From: Vermamoeba vermiformis
Lineage: Eukaryota
DNA length: 64,000 bases
Assembly: GCA_045837725.1 (NCBI GenBank)
Contig: JBEWZL010000300.1
Coordinates: forward strand, 372,001 to 436,000
Reading direction: 5' to 3'
Under the pieces are notes generated by a model, which did no database searches, was not told where the DNA came from, and was given only the letters and a program-made list of their open reading frames with translations. This document shows positions 50,268 to 63,710 of this stretch, piece after piece. How positions within the stretch are numbered: the first letter of the stretch is position 1; each line of letters starts with the position of its first letter. Made by a program: the position numbers and the translations under genes.

Positions 50268-51607
50268 TTAGATGTGCTCCAAGTTTGCAACAGCGTACAA
50301 GTGGTTCTCGCGGAAGGCGAAGATTTCGCGGAAAGCGATGCTCATGCTGATATAGATGAGAGGATAAGTGACCAAGAGACCAACGCCCAAAGCCAAAGCA
50401 CCAGCGACGAGCAACAAGAAGCAGATAAAAAAGAAGCCAAGAATGCCGCAGAATCGCTTGTGGAGCACTTTGCCGCTGACAAACATAGATTCGGTCAAAG
50501 ACAAGCCCAAAGTACGGTATTCAATGTAGACCGGGATGGTGAAGCTGAACGGATTTAGCTTAGTACAAGTCGTAACGATGCCACTATAGACCAACGCGTA
50601 TTATGAAATTCACTTACGATAAGACAACAAGGAAATAGAAACCAGGGACAACTAATGCGATGAATCCAGCGGCAACGATTAAGCTGGTCAAGATGCTCAA
50701 AAGGATCATGTGGAGACTGTACTTCAAGTTCTATCGTAGAAATTAGATTAGTTCGCATTACAATATATGAAGTAATGGTATTATACGTACGATGAACAAA
50801 TGAGAGAAGTTTTTGAAGTTAAGAACCACGCGGGAAGGGCGCAAAGTGTCATTCACGGCAGCAATCAAGCTGTAGCCCATAAGAGCAGTAATAATACCAC
50901 CGAAGTAAGGGATAAATGAAATACCCTATAGAATAATCGTTAAAGACATAAGTCAAGCAAATTTGAAATTTGGATCAGTTGCTTTGGAAAAAACGAAAAA
51001 TTTGAATATTTTACTTCATTAACTGTAATACTTACGATACTAATAAGAGTCCACAGAATAAATACGGCATAATTTTTCTTATAAATATCCCAAGCTTCTG
51101 ACACCCAGGCGCTGATGTCCACGGTGTATTCTCGCTAGATGCGCAACGCAATTAGTGAATATTCCATAAATTGTAAAACACATCATAAAGATACTATGTG
51201 CACGTAGGATAATTACTTACATCGTATAATCTTTCTTTGATGCTTCGATCCAGCATTAAAGTTGGAGTATGAGATTCAAGCAAATCAGAGTCATCAGGAG
51301 CAGGAGTAACGTAAGCCGCTTGTTGAGGAATAGTATTAGGTACAACATTATGAGCCATAGGCGGCGCTACAGCCATCACTGGGGATTGAGGAGGATGTTG
51401 CACGACATATCCGGTGGTCTGTGGTGCCATCATTGGTTGAGGTTGTTGCTGCACGACATAAGGTGGTGGTACCATGCCTGGTTGCATCATTATCGGCTGA
51501 GGCACTCCTTGGGGAGGGTACATCTGTTGCTGGTTCGGATCAACGGCACCAGGAACCGGGTAAAAGAATTGCGGAGGGTATTGAGGTGGTTGTTGGTTAG
51601 GATCCAT
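50268..51607 (-). CDS. Multi-pass membrane protein with Pro/Gln-rich N-terminus
   Basis: PQ-rich N-terminus including PPPY, DISAWVSEAWDIYKKN, several hydrophobic helices over multiple exons. Confidence 0.75.
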
Positions 51608-51873
51608 AATTAATTATGCTAGTGTTTGTTTGTGTTAGTCACTAGTGGCACGACAAAAATAATGAATTTGTTGAACGATTTGTTATCTTACGCCTTTCAT
51701 GAAGGGAAATACTCCGGACACAAATGGACTTACTGTTGAAGAAAAATGCCAATAATATGAGCAATGCTACCGAGGGACTATTGCTGCATATTAAATTTCT
51801 TCGCGATTAATACTCGAGAGCTCGGACAAAATTTAAGAAATGGCTGATTGGATCGATTGCCTATGCTAGTGTT

Positions 51874-54800
51874 TTACTTTTTTTCTTTACACGAAGAACA
51901 TATGAGCTGTATCATCTTGGCATACAACTCATCTGTTTGGCTCTGCATGGCAATGAAGTCTCGTTGCAACTGACGCATCGAAGTCACGTACTGGGCTAGC
52001 TTTTGGTTCTTTTGTTTGTCTTTCTCAAACTCTTTTTGTAACGTCGTTAACTTGGCTATTATATTGGACTCATCTGTGATCTTAGTCACAAACTGATCGC
52101 ACAGCTCTAGCACAACTTCGCTCAGACCTGAAGCACTTAACTCCAGATCTGCAAGTAAAAAATTAGCTACAGGAAATGTGCTTAATATTGTCATCGATAT
52201 GTACCTTCAGGCAAAGAGGAGCACAGAACTTGCAGGGCCAATAACAGCTCTTCTTCAGACTTCGCTTTGAGTTCGACTTCAGTGGTCATTGTGTGCATCG
52301 TAGTTGTCGCTGATATGTTGCTCTTTTCACTCATCCATGTCGACTCCTTTGCAGTTCATTAGCACGTGCCTCACAGATATATGGTCGATTTACTACTTAC
52401 GTTGCATTGTTTGAGCTTCAATTTGTGTTTGAGAACGTCAAACAGCATGTGATCCACTGCTTGAGTTTTACTTTCAACTGCCACACTGCAGCTGTATGCT
52501 GTAGGCAGTGATTAGGTACTTATTCAATATGAATGTATGCTCATTCTTACGTTGGTTAGGCATTTTTTGTAACGTGAACAGATCTTCAGGTTTCAGTTTG
52601 ACCGTTGACAGGTGTTCAAATGCACGTTGTTGGCCAAGCAGAAATTGAGCAGTAATATTTACAGATATTTCTGAACTTGATTGTGCTGGGATTTCTTCCA
52701 AATACAACGTGCCGTTCAGTTGACTCTTGGCGTTGGGTTGAATATTTACAGCAAAAGTTGTTGAACGTGTTGAAGTAGAAGAATGCAAAATTAATTGGCA
52801 ATCATTAATAGGTGACCTGTATATAAGGTTAATAAGGTATTAATAATATATATCGGCAAGGGCTGGTCACTTACTTTGACGCGTTTGTTACATCCAGACT
52901 GAAATGCAACGAAAGTTTGTTTTCCAAGAACTCTGAGCTGCAATTCAGTTCGTTAATGTGAATACATTTCGTGCTCTCAGCGTCAGTATTGTTTGTCTGC
53001 TGTACGCTTGTCATGATTTGTTCGAGCAAGTTGCATGCTTGAACAAAGGTCTCTTTCTTGTCTTTGATGCGTTGTTCCATTACTGATAAATTTTCCGAGG
53101 CTATTCTTAGTCTCGATTGCAGCGAATGAGAGACCGATAACAGCGTGCTGCGCGACGAATCTGCTGATCCAGGTCAATAATAATCATACGAATAATTTGC
53201 TTATTGTTGGTACCTTGAGGGCCGGTTTGAACAATGTTATCTTTGAAGTTGCTATATTCATTAGGTCCGTCGATAAAAATGAACGGAAACAGCGTTTTGA
53301 ACCGTGAATCCGTCGCGTCTTTCTTGAACACGATCAAGATCTGCTCTGAGAATGAGTTTGTAAAGTCATCGACGGCCATAAGCGCTGTCTTTGAATATTC
53401 TTTGACTACTGCGAATGATTTTTTCGATATTAGCGACACTTTGCCGTCTTTGCTTTGTACCGCGATCAGCTGTTCACCGGCAGAATTTCTCAGAAATGAT
53501 CTAAGGCAATATTTGTTATTAAAATGATAAATATAAGTTATGTACGTACATTTTGTTCGGTTTAGACCCGAGTGCCACTGAATTTTTCAACCGTCCTTGT
53601 TCGATCAACATGACGGATCCGTTCTCGGTGCCAGCAAGAGTGAATTCTTGTCCTAATGTATCCCAATATGTATGGGCTATGCAACACGTGTGAAGATACA
53701 GCGAAGGTATCAGTGTGCTCGGTACTGATGTGGCTTCTTTTTCGAGCGGCAAAAGGAACAAGTGCCACGGATCCAACAAGTTCTCCGTCCTATTAGTTGA
53801 TACTATTAATAGTCGAAAATATGTATATATAGCATATATATAAGCTACCTTTGATTGAAGAGCGTATTGAGCGTACTCGACTTCAGTAGACCGGATCTGT
53901 TAACTGTTTCCCAAAAGGCACTTTTCGGGTCTTGTTGATCAACATCCATATCATCACTACTAGTATTCATATTGGTGTTATTATTATTAGTGTTGTTATT
54001 GTTGTTGCGATGGCCGTTAGATCTGCGTGATTTGTTGGTTGATTTGGCCGCTGTTAATTTACACGCAAATAATAGCTGCGGTACGCTCGTGTGACTATCA
54101 TATAGGCCTATATCAATTATATTCATATGCTTGCTCGATACTTTGTCACTTTTGACTGTTTCAAGCGGATCTAATGTGAACTGTTCCCAGATGGTGGTTG
54201 CTGGATCGCGTTGGATCACGTGCACGAGTCCTTGTTTGCGATTGATAGAATATATAACAGGTCCGTCGAATATTTTAACATCTGATAATGATATTAATAT
54301 TATTAGAAGGATAACTCAACTAATTTTCGGATAACTTAACTGAATTTATTGGATAAGTCATCCGACCAAATTTCACGACTGAAATTAGCAGTGATCAATT
54401 TTATTCTTTTATATCATAATAATGGAGCCTATCAAAATTCAAAACTACAAGTTTATGAAAGAATCGCTCAAGAGTCGGATCGGTACACCTGTGTTAGATC
54501 TGATCCGTGATTACTTTGTGCGATCAATGAAGGACAATGAGCACATTGTGTTTCATGGTCGTATATCAAACAACAAAGTAATAACCCTATTTTTGTTTTG
54601 GATGGTCGAGTATCAGTCTGAATTCGTTCTTGGTAAGTTAAGAACGCATCCAATTCTAAATATAAATTATACTGACAAGTATAATTCAGAGAAGCTTTAT
54701 AATTACCCTCATTCGCACATGAACAAGTTGATTGAGAAGATGGTCCTTTATCTTGACACATTTTCAAATGAAATTGTCAATTTTAATTCTTTCGCAGATC

Positions 54801-56663
54801 GAGATCAGTATCGCCGAACTCACACGTATGGAATTCCCAAAACGCCCAGTGATCTTGCAAAGACAACCCTAGTAATAGATGCCAAGGATTTTCTGGTTGA
54901 AAAGAGACGAGGAGACTCAAAGCATGGAGATCAAGGTTTTTGGAGCGAAAAAAATGAGGCGTGGAGTAAGTACTTCACTTTGAATAAATATAGTAATACA
55001 ACAATACTATTTATAGATTAATTATATATCATCGAATCCTATCTCACCTTTGCTCTTTCATAGGTATGAAAGTTACTTTCGTCGCGGATCTCCGGAAGGA
55101 CTTTTTGTTTGTCAGCAAAGCAAAGCCTGCTTCGCATCATGATATTTATAGATTGCGAGAAGCAATGCCTTTAATCTCCCCCCATTTGTCTCCTGGTGAT
55201 GTCATCGTGCTCGACAAAGGCTACACTGGTGTCGCCAACGACAAATTCACTGGCACGTGGCTCACAAAGCGCAAGCATAAAAAGAATGTGGCATTCACAG
55301 AAGAAGACAAGCTCATCAATAGTAATATTGAGACTGTTAGGCGCCCAATTGAAGATCAGATTGGAGAAATCAGCAGAATTTTCAGCATGTTTTTGCACAA
55401 GTATCGCCACGAACGCAAATGGTTCACTAACATTGTTCGATTTGCTGCTGCTGTCACGAATTTAATAAGACAGCACAAGCACGATCCCACACACTTTCCT
55501 ACCGAGTGGGCAGGCCCGATCGCTAAGATACCAAAGCACAAAAGCAATGATCAATCAGTAAGTTAAGGTTGTGCGAATTTTTGCTTGGTGGCAAGGGTGT
55601 TGATGACTCAAACATGTGATTATATATTAAGAACATATCTTATTCGTTCTTTTCAAGCGCTGAATTGCGCGCTTCTTGCACACTTAGCGGAGCATTGATC
55701 AAATATCTAACGAAATTTCTTAAAAGTTCACTGCATCAAAGCTAGAGCTCGCTGACAACAGCGACTATTCCAGCTCAAGTAATTCTTCTGTTGAAGAAGA
55801 GGAGAGCGATCATAAAGAGACAACAGAAGTGATACCTCCTGCGCCACTAAAGAGGAAGCGAGGTCGCAAGATCTCGTCTAAAAATTCCAACCGAAAGAAA
55901 CAAAGAACGAAGTAGTTTCAAATTTGATTAATGGTTGCATAATAGATTAGGCTCATAATAATTATAGTATTAATAAAGATTAAAGCTGTAATTGAAGCGA
56001 AATAAATCACTGCTAGAAATTTGGTCGGATGACTTAGCCGATCAGCCAAGACATCCTTCTTATTAATTATGAATAAATTGAACTTGTACGCGTACCGCAA
56101 TTTTCTACTTTAAATTCGCCAACAGGAATATCAAATATGGTTGACAGCCTTCCTTCATGGTCATATGATATTAATGTATAGTAAGAAGTACTTTCTATTT
56201 TTTGTAGTATGAGCGCCACGGCCGTGTGCCTAGAATTTACAGGTTAAACTAGATCCGGCACTGAGTGCTATTAATTGGCTCTACCTTGCTTTGTCCTCGT
56301 TAAATACATATTCTGATGCTAATAGTGCGAGTTGTGTCGCATTTTTATTCTCTACAGAAAAAGAACTTAATCAAAAAGTTGCATCCCGAATTAAAAATTC
56401 CAAAAAAATCCAAAAATAATACTAACGACATATATATAACATATTAAACCGTTTAAATTATATTCAAGTGTTTTCATTGCGTAGGAGAGGTACTTACGTT
56501 GGTGTTTGAATGCTGACAGTTTATCGAAGCTCGTCTTATCCTCTGTAATTGTGTACGTGGCAAAGCGTAATAAATTATTTTCTTTTGATACGCGAAGCAG
56601 TCTTCCTTCAGCAACAAAGCCGATCGTTCTCGATCCAACCTTCCCGCTCGTTTCTTGCTCCAT
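51874..56663 (-). CDS. FANCB: Fanconi anaemia group B-like protein (one intron hosts a transposon)
   Basis: DVKIFDGPVIY, LIPSLY and KKSFAVVKEYSKTALMAVDDFTNSFSEQILIVFK resemble FANCB LRVLNGPLIL, IPPAY and [34 protein letters not shown]. Confidence 0.7.
54351..56039 (+). mobile_element. DNA transposon, PIF/Harbinger-ISL2EU (IS5-like DDE_Tnp_4) type
   Basis: 24-bp TIRs GGATAAGTCATCCGACCAAATTTC (54351-54374) and 56016-56039, one mismatch; encloses a transposase gene; sits in host intron 54282-56095. Confidence 0.88.
54422..55915 (+). CDS. DDE transposase, 3 predicted exons (54422-54965, 55064-55557, 55727-55915)
   Basis: LVIDAKDF, FWSEK, PASHHD, VLDKGY, N..IETVRRPIEDQIG catalytic motifs. Third exon adds an acidic patch and KRKRGRK; without the second intron the ORF ends at 55566. 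Confidence 0.85.
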
Positions 56664-56839
56664 TTAATAATACTCTCTTCTTGTCATAGTCGCTTCATTA
56701 TTGCTTGTGTTTTTTGTATCTTATTTATTTATAATAGATCCTAATTTGTCCAGGGCAGAAATTATCCGTTTTCGTTTTTCCAACACGAAAGTCAAAAAGA
56801 TTCCATTCTATATTATTTAAATAGTGACAACAGTTCATT

Positions 56840-58149
56840 ATGTTACGAACTATTAGTCTTGTTTCGCGCTCATTGGTCAAGAAGACCAAGGCACCTTCGA
56901 CATCTATTTTGTTGAAGAGACGCTATGGCACTGAGAAGGGCAAAGAAATGGCTGATTATGGTGCTAGCCACCTTAGCCCTGGTATTGGAAAAATTAGTTC
57001 TGTTGTCATGAAGAAGGGACAAGGTGAGTAGAATCAGCAATAAATAACCAATAGAAATTATTTTCGGATTTACAAAGCTTCCAGAAAGAGGCAGCAGCGA
57101 TAAATATTTAATAATTTAATAACGTGTAATTTTTTGCGCAGTTATCTAATTCTCCAAATATTGTTTAGGCTCGTGGATCTGGGATGTTGACAACAACAAG
57201 TACCTCGACTTCACTTGTGGTATTGCCGTCACAAACACTGGTAATTATTATTCGCATGCACGTTTAGTTCAATTTTAACCGTATATCCAGGCCACTGCCA
57301 TCCCAAAGTTGTTAAAGCCGCTCAAGAACAAGTCGGCAATTTGATCCACGGTCAAGTACGTGTTGATATTTTAAATATACGGTATTACAAGATCTTAATA
57401 TGGACGACTCTAGGTTAACATTGGCTATCACGAGCCCATGCTCACTTTGATGCAAAAACTCTTCACTATCTTGCCCAAGAAGCTCGACAGATTGTTCTTC
57501 GCGAACAGGTAACATCACGCGACGAGTAATTGTAGTGACTATACGCATAACCGTTGGATTATAGTGGCGCAGAAGCGATTGAGAATGCAATCAAGTTGGC
57601 GCGTCACCACACCAAGAGACAGAACGTCATTGTATTCAACGGTGGTTTCCACGGCCGAACATTTGGTAAGCAGTTGCTCCTCTATTCGTGCGCTCGTAAT
57701 GGAATGGCCCGGGAGCCGAGCAAACAAGGTCGGGTACGCGTACGGTCTTTGGTGACCTGCTCACGTGCTCCCCGTCGAGCCAATCAACCAACGGGTTCGT
57801 GGTGCACTTGGTAGCACGTCCGCTTAGCATGCGGGAGGTACGGGGATCGAAACCCTGCGAATCCAATTTCTTTTTTGTTTTTTGCCTCGTGGCGTGGCAA
57901 CGCTGCCCGGGTTCTCCGGTTTGCGTTATGGTTGGCAGCGAGTACGCTGGCCGAATTGACATTCTGGTTCCCTTTCGTGGATCCAGCAATACAGCTATTT
58001 TTGTGCTGCATACTACGTCGGTGTTGTTTTGATCTGACAAACTCGCTTCACGCACGGTTTCGCGCTCGCCTCGAGTGTGCAACTCGCTCATTTTGACGAC
58101 CTGATTTGGCTCGGGAGTTCGATCAATCATCAAAGCGAAGTGGCGCAGT

Positions 58150-58180
<31 letters not shown>

Positions 58181-59298
58181 CCAGGATCGAAACCTGGCTT
58201 CGCTAATCTTTTTTTGCTTCTTTACCCCTTTGTTTTGCTTACTCGCACTAATCCGACAACTTTTTAGGAACTATGTCCTTGACCACTAGCAAGACCATCT
58301 ACCGTGCTGGTTTTGGCCCATTAATGTCTGGCGTTCACACCACTCCTTTCCCTCACTGCTCCGCGTGCAAGATCAAGTCTGCGATGAACAAGCAAGCCGA
58401 CAAAGAGTTCTGCTGCGGCAAGTACGAAGAAGAGATCGAGAACTTACTCAAGATGCAAACCGCTCCTTCCGAAACTGCTGCTATTCTCGTGGAACCTGTT
58501 CAAGGTGAAGGTGGTTATGTCCCTGCTCCTAAAGGTACGAACAACCTGCCGTTCTCGTAGTCTCAAAAACTAACGGCGATTTAGCTTTCATGAAATATTT
58601 GCGCCAAGTCTGTGACAAGCACGGAATTATGTTGATCATCGACGAAGTTCAAACAGGTACTATTACCACCTAATTGTTTGTTGTATCTCACACGACGTGC
58701 TAGGTTTTGGCCGTACTGGTAAATTCTTCGCCATTGAGCACTACGACATTGTGCCCGACATCATGGTCATTGCTAAGGGTCTGGCCTCGGGCTTCCCCTT
58801 GTCTGCTATTGCCAGCACCACTGAGATCATGAAGAGCACACCTCCTGGCTCAATGGGAGGCACTTACGCCGGTAATGCTGTCGCCTGTGCTGCTGCCTCA
58901 GCGACCATCGACGTCATGAAGGACGAGAAGTTGTTGGACAACACCAATGCTCGTGGCAAGGAATTGACTGACGGACTGAAGGAGATTCAAAAGAACCACC
59001 CTGAGTACAACATCGTTGAGGTTCGAGGCTACGGCTTGATGATCGGTGTTGAGTTCGATCACCACAAAGTACCTTACGGCACCGCCAGCAAGTACGTTTG
59101 TTTCAAATCTTCTTAAATGTTACTGACTATTATTCAAGGATCATTCAACACTGCGTTAAGAACGGAATGCTGTTATTGAGCACTGGTGCTTTTGAGACGT
59201 TGCGCTTCATTCCTCCCTTGACCGTTACCAAGGACGAGATCCAAACCGGTTTGAACATCTTTAAGACTGCTTTGAAGGAAGCTTTTGCTAGCAAGTAA
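56840..59298 (+). CDS. Class III PLP aminotransferase, 4-aminobutyrate aminotransferase-like, mitochondrial presequence
   Basis: [79 protein letters not shown]. Confidence 0.92.
57793..57865 (+). tRNA. tRNA-Ala(AGC), intronic
   Basis: Full cloverleaf, G3:U70 pair, anticodon AGC, T-loop ATCGAAA, downstream oligo-T. Confidence 0.95.
58134..58205 (+). tRNA. Initiator tRNA-Met(CAT), intronic
   Basis: A1:U72, three G:C pairs in anticodon stem, anticodon CAT, A54/A60 T-loop ATCGAAA, downstream oligo-T. Confidence 0.95.
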
Positions 59299-59697
59299 TC
59301 TTTATGTATCCACTAATAAACAGATTGGTTACCTTTAGCTCGAACTTAGTTCAAATCCGTGCCGAGCATTCCGCAGTTAGGTTCCGCAGGTACTAATTGC
59401 AACGAACTTGATTATTAAAATACAGGCTTATGTTTAACTGTATTCTAGAAGTGCCAACGAAAAAGAATTAGTGCGGCATCCGCACCATTGGTCCAAGATC
59501 ATATTTTCGAGTGCAACCGGTTGCTAAGTCTTTTAGGGTGCGACTTGCCTTTATTTTCGTGACGGCCTCCGAAATCGTTTTTGTTCCCATTTTTCGTTAA
59601 AGCGAAGAGTCCTTAGAAAAGTTGGATCCTGTTTGGCACAAAAATCCGGTACAATTTTTTTTGCATTTGTACTATAGCAACGAAACTATCCACACCA

Positions 59698-62600
59698 ATG
59701 GGTTTATTCAAAGGCCTCTTGTTAGCTTCCTTGCTTGTTGTACAAGTGCTCGGAAACGCTGCGAACGCAGATCCCTGCAGCTTTGAATTTGGTACAAAGA
59801 TCTTTGAAGTCGAAGAGTAAGTCCAACGACTGTACGTAATTCTAATATTTTACTTACATTTATTGGTAGAATATTGAACTGCTACAACAGCATTCCAGCT
59901 GTTTCAACGAGAATGGAATCCACGATCTCATCTCTTCGCGAGTTGATTCAAACCTACTCATTCACTGACATCGCAATGTCAAATATCGCTCCTTACAACG
60001 TCAATGTAAGATCGTTTATAATTCTAAAAAAAATAAGAATTGAATTAAACAATTTTTCAAAGGTTGATCTGGCAGCGGAACTCGATCAAATCTCTCAAAC
60101 AAATTACACCGGAGACTACGCCTTTCATATGGGTATGATCCACGATTTCAAGGCATTGTAGGTATCTGGAATTGCTCACCTATATTTTTTATCAGCTCTC
60201 TCTCGCTTGTTCAACAAATTGAACGATGCTCACACAATGTACTATGCTCCTACTCCTTATAGAGAGTGCTTTGGTGTCAAGGCATTTGCGTTGTCTCCTA
60301 GCAGTGTTTTGGGGAAAGATGAGGATGCGCGGATCAACTTGATCAAAAATCGTAAGTTTGAATTTTTACCACAAACGTTATTAACGATTCAATAAAGCTC
60401 TTGGCGCAACTATTAAGTGGAACTGGCCAATTAACCCAGCTGACTATTCTGGTCGGGTGATGGCAATCAACGGTCAAGATCCTCGTGATTATTTGATGGT
60501 ACGAACATGCTTCATATACGAAATTCATTACTAATGCTTGGTTCAGAAATACTCCGATCACGTTGGCACATACAAGGACCAAATTGTTCGCTTCAACCAC
60601 TTGTTCGATTTGGTTGGCTGGGGTGCGATCGACCCCTTCACCTTCCCCGTGAGCGACATTCCCAAAGAAATCATCACAGTGCACACAGCTGACGGCGAGG
60701 TGAACGTGACCGTGCCCGTCAAGATGTTCTGCCGAAAAATGAGCTACAACAACACTCAGGACTTCATCAAACAGATCGACACTCCTCCTAGCCACAACAA
60801 GCGTGCCATTGAAATGCCCAATCTCACTCCTGACTTGCGCAAAGAGCGTATTCGTCGCATTCAAGGCGCCATTGAACCTGCTCGCACGATCCAAGTTGAC
60901 AGCGAGATGGAACAGTTGAGCATTGTTGACCGAATTGCGTTGGCTGCGAACAGATTCCACGCCAAGCGTAGCACTCACGGTGCTGGCTCGTTGCAACTCA
61001 TCAAGTCCGTTGCCGATAATTCGATGCACTTGTTTATCTACATAGACGAGAGTAAGTATCACACGTGCCACCGTTCTTGCGCTCGGGTACTAACACGATT
61101 TTGTCTCTCAAGGAAACAATGTTGTGCCTGTTCTCAAGGTCGTTTCATTTGCTCCCGAGACTGAAGATGACCAAAACGCATGGGTCAATCTTGCTCTTAA
61201 CTTCAACACCGCGCTGCACAATTTCAACTGGACTTACGCTATTGTTGACGTCAACAAGAACGGGTACGAAGAGCACATATGTTTTTTGAACAAGTACTGA
61301 TGTCTTTTGTTCTTGATTTAGAGGTGGTATCATCTGCTTTACTTTGTTGCTACAATCGTTGATGGACAAGAGAATTGCCAGCGGTAAGCGATTAACACGA
61401 GATCATTACGTACATCAAACCTAACATGAATGCAGTTGACGTGCACCATGCCGACGTGTTGTGGACCCCTTACAACATGCGCAAGTCCCCGATGTTCGCT
61501 AACATCTACAACAAGGGCATCAAAGAGATGGATGATGACTACTTGGACATGCAGACTGGCGAGTTTGATACCCCCAAGGCATACTACAACGCCGAGACTC
61601 ACAACATCTCGCTGCCTAACGGTGTCAAATCGGATCTAACCAAGTTCACGTAAGTGTTCAAGATCCGGATCTACTTAGCACATTTCAATATTAACGAGCT
61701 CTTAATAGCTACTTCCCTGGCTCTTGCAAACAATTCATCGCTCCACTATTGTCTCTTGTCAAGGCTTGGCCCACAAACATTATCGTCACTACTGACGGCA
61801 GCTGCGGCAGTGCATGCGCTGCATTCATGGCGAAGATGACCACGCTCGGCAGCGCGAAGATTGTTGCTCTTGGCGGTGACACAAAGTTCTCGAATACTGT
61901 TGTGCGTAGCGCAGACTTTTTGAATGTCTTTTGACCCACTAATCTCGATTATTATTTTCTACAGATGATGCGCACGGCTTCGTTCCCTGGAGGCAACGTT
62001 GTGTCGTGGAGCGACATGTCAATCTTTACTAAGCTCACAACGCCCTTCCTCACTTCTGCGAGTAAGATCTTGACGCGTGCCATGAACAGTATTGACCTAG
62101 CTATTATTACTAGTTGCTCGCTTCAACTGGCATCAAGCGTTCCATTCAGCTTCGTTCGACGAGTATCCGTTGGAGTACAACTACGGTGCCTTTGCACCCA
62201 CGCACGGATTGAGATCGTGGAAGATGGTCATGAACGACGATCCTGCAACTGACGCGGGTGTTGCTAATCTAATTAACACCTACGAATCTGTGATTTCTCT
62301 CTGGGGCGATGTAAGTGCCTGCGATTGGTACGTCAAGTAGAGTTAAATTAATCTCTGTGTCTATAGTACAACCAGACTTTCCCTGACTCCACCCCCACTC
62401 CTTCTGCGTACCCTCCCTGGCGCGGGCCTTCCCATAGCCCGAGCTCATCCACTGAAGGTCCCTCCGGCTCCACTGGCACCACTTACGTCGCTCTTTGGGG
62501 TACGAACAATTGTGACGTGATGTCTTGACAGGTGTCATTATCATCAAAAAGGTGTAAACACCTTGTCGCCGAATGATTTTGCGACTAACCTTAAAAGGAA

Positions 62601-62794
62601 AAATTTATGACACGTGTCATTCGATATGAATTAACGTGTTACTAATACTGCTTATTTACACAGTCGTGGTACTCGTCGCTATCGCCGCGGTGATTGCATT
62701 GATTATGGCTATTGTGTTCGGTGTCAAGTACGCACAAATGAAGAAGTTGGTTGGTGACGAGAGCAGAGCTCGCTTGCTTCCTTATGTTAATTAA
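59698..62794 (+). CDS. Secreted/type I membrane S41-family peptidase
   Basis: Signal peptide, LFNKLNDAHT.Y, VDVNKNG|GG, IIVTTDGSCGSACA..M, KIVALGG, Pro/Ser linker, C-terminal TM. Confidence 0.8.
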
Positions 62795-62919
62795 GACTTG
62801 TCTCTTCAGGTGTGTTATTTTCATTATTGACTTTTGATAAACTTCAAAAATTTTAAACCCGAAGATTCGACTAGACTTTTTGATTTTACAACTGTACAAT
62901 TTACTGGCAATCGATTATA

Positions 62920-63440
62920 TTACAATTTACGTTCGTAGTTTTCGCCATATAGAACGCTTGATACTCGAATTTTTGATGCTTCATTGCGTTCTCGTTGGAT
63001 GGATTTGCCAGTCGAACCTTTGTTTTTCTGAGTATGTGTTCTAACGCGAAAACTGCCAGTACCCGAAAAAAAAGTTCTTTTTTGGATTTTGTTGTGTTTT
63101 TCAGCGATATACTGGTTTGGGGGACTTGCCGATCGCTGAATCCAAGCTGGAAAACCGGTTGGATCAGGATTGACGCGTGGAATTTTAGAGTGCAATGTGT
63201 AGGTAGAGGAAATGTATGGCGTTCTATTAGAGGTGCTTCTATTGCTTAATATTTTTTTCGCGTGTTGGATTCTGCGCCCGGCCCTGTATGCAGCAATAAA
63301 TGAGTTTATTTTTCAATTAAATATTTCAATTAAACGATGTACCTTCCATTTTTCTTTTTCTTGTGGTCTTTCTTCATTATTATTGGTGTTTGCCATTTTA
63401 CTTTGCCCGCGCGAGCTAAGCGGCCCATTATCCACCTCAT
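62920..63440 (-). CDS. Ribosomal protein eS30-like protein with ~100-aa C-terminal extension (153 aa; intron 63284-63342)
   Basis: MRWIMGRLARAGKVKWQTPIIMKKDHKKKKNGR|AGRRIQH versus eS30 GSLARAGKVRGQTPKV...KKKKTGRAKRRMQY. Confidence 0.7.
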
Positions 63441-63710
63441 TTCGTTGAATGGGATTTAGTTTGTGGTTTTTTCTATCTACACTTGCACTAGAAATGATCT
63501 TTTTGCCCTTCTGATTTTTTACTCAGATCATCCGCGAGCAATTTTGTGACATGATGTCATGAATATTGGGTACGCACTAATGATTACTCTATGCTTATTG
63601 GTAGTTGGTAGTACAATGTTGAAGGAGAAAAAACTAGATCAACCGCGAGAATTCGCATTTACAGTTTATAATTTACATTAGTCCGAGTTCATAATCCTCA
63701 ACAAATAGCT

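Noticed and set aside
57636-58289. Several ORFs across the tRNA-containing intron
   Set aside because: Artefacts of GC-rich tRNA and hairpin sequence.
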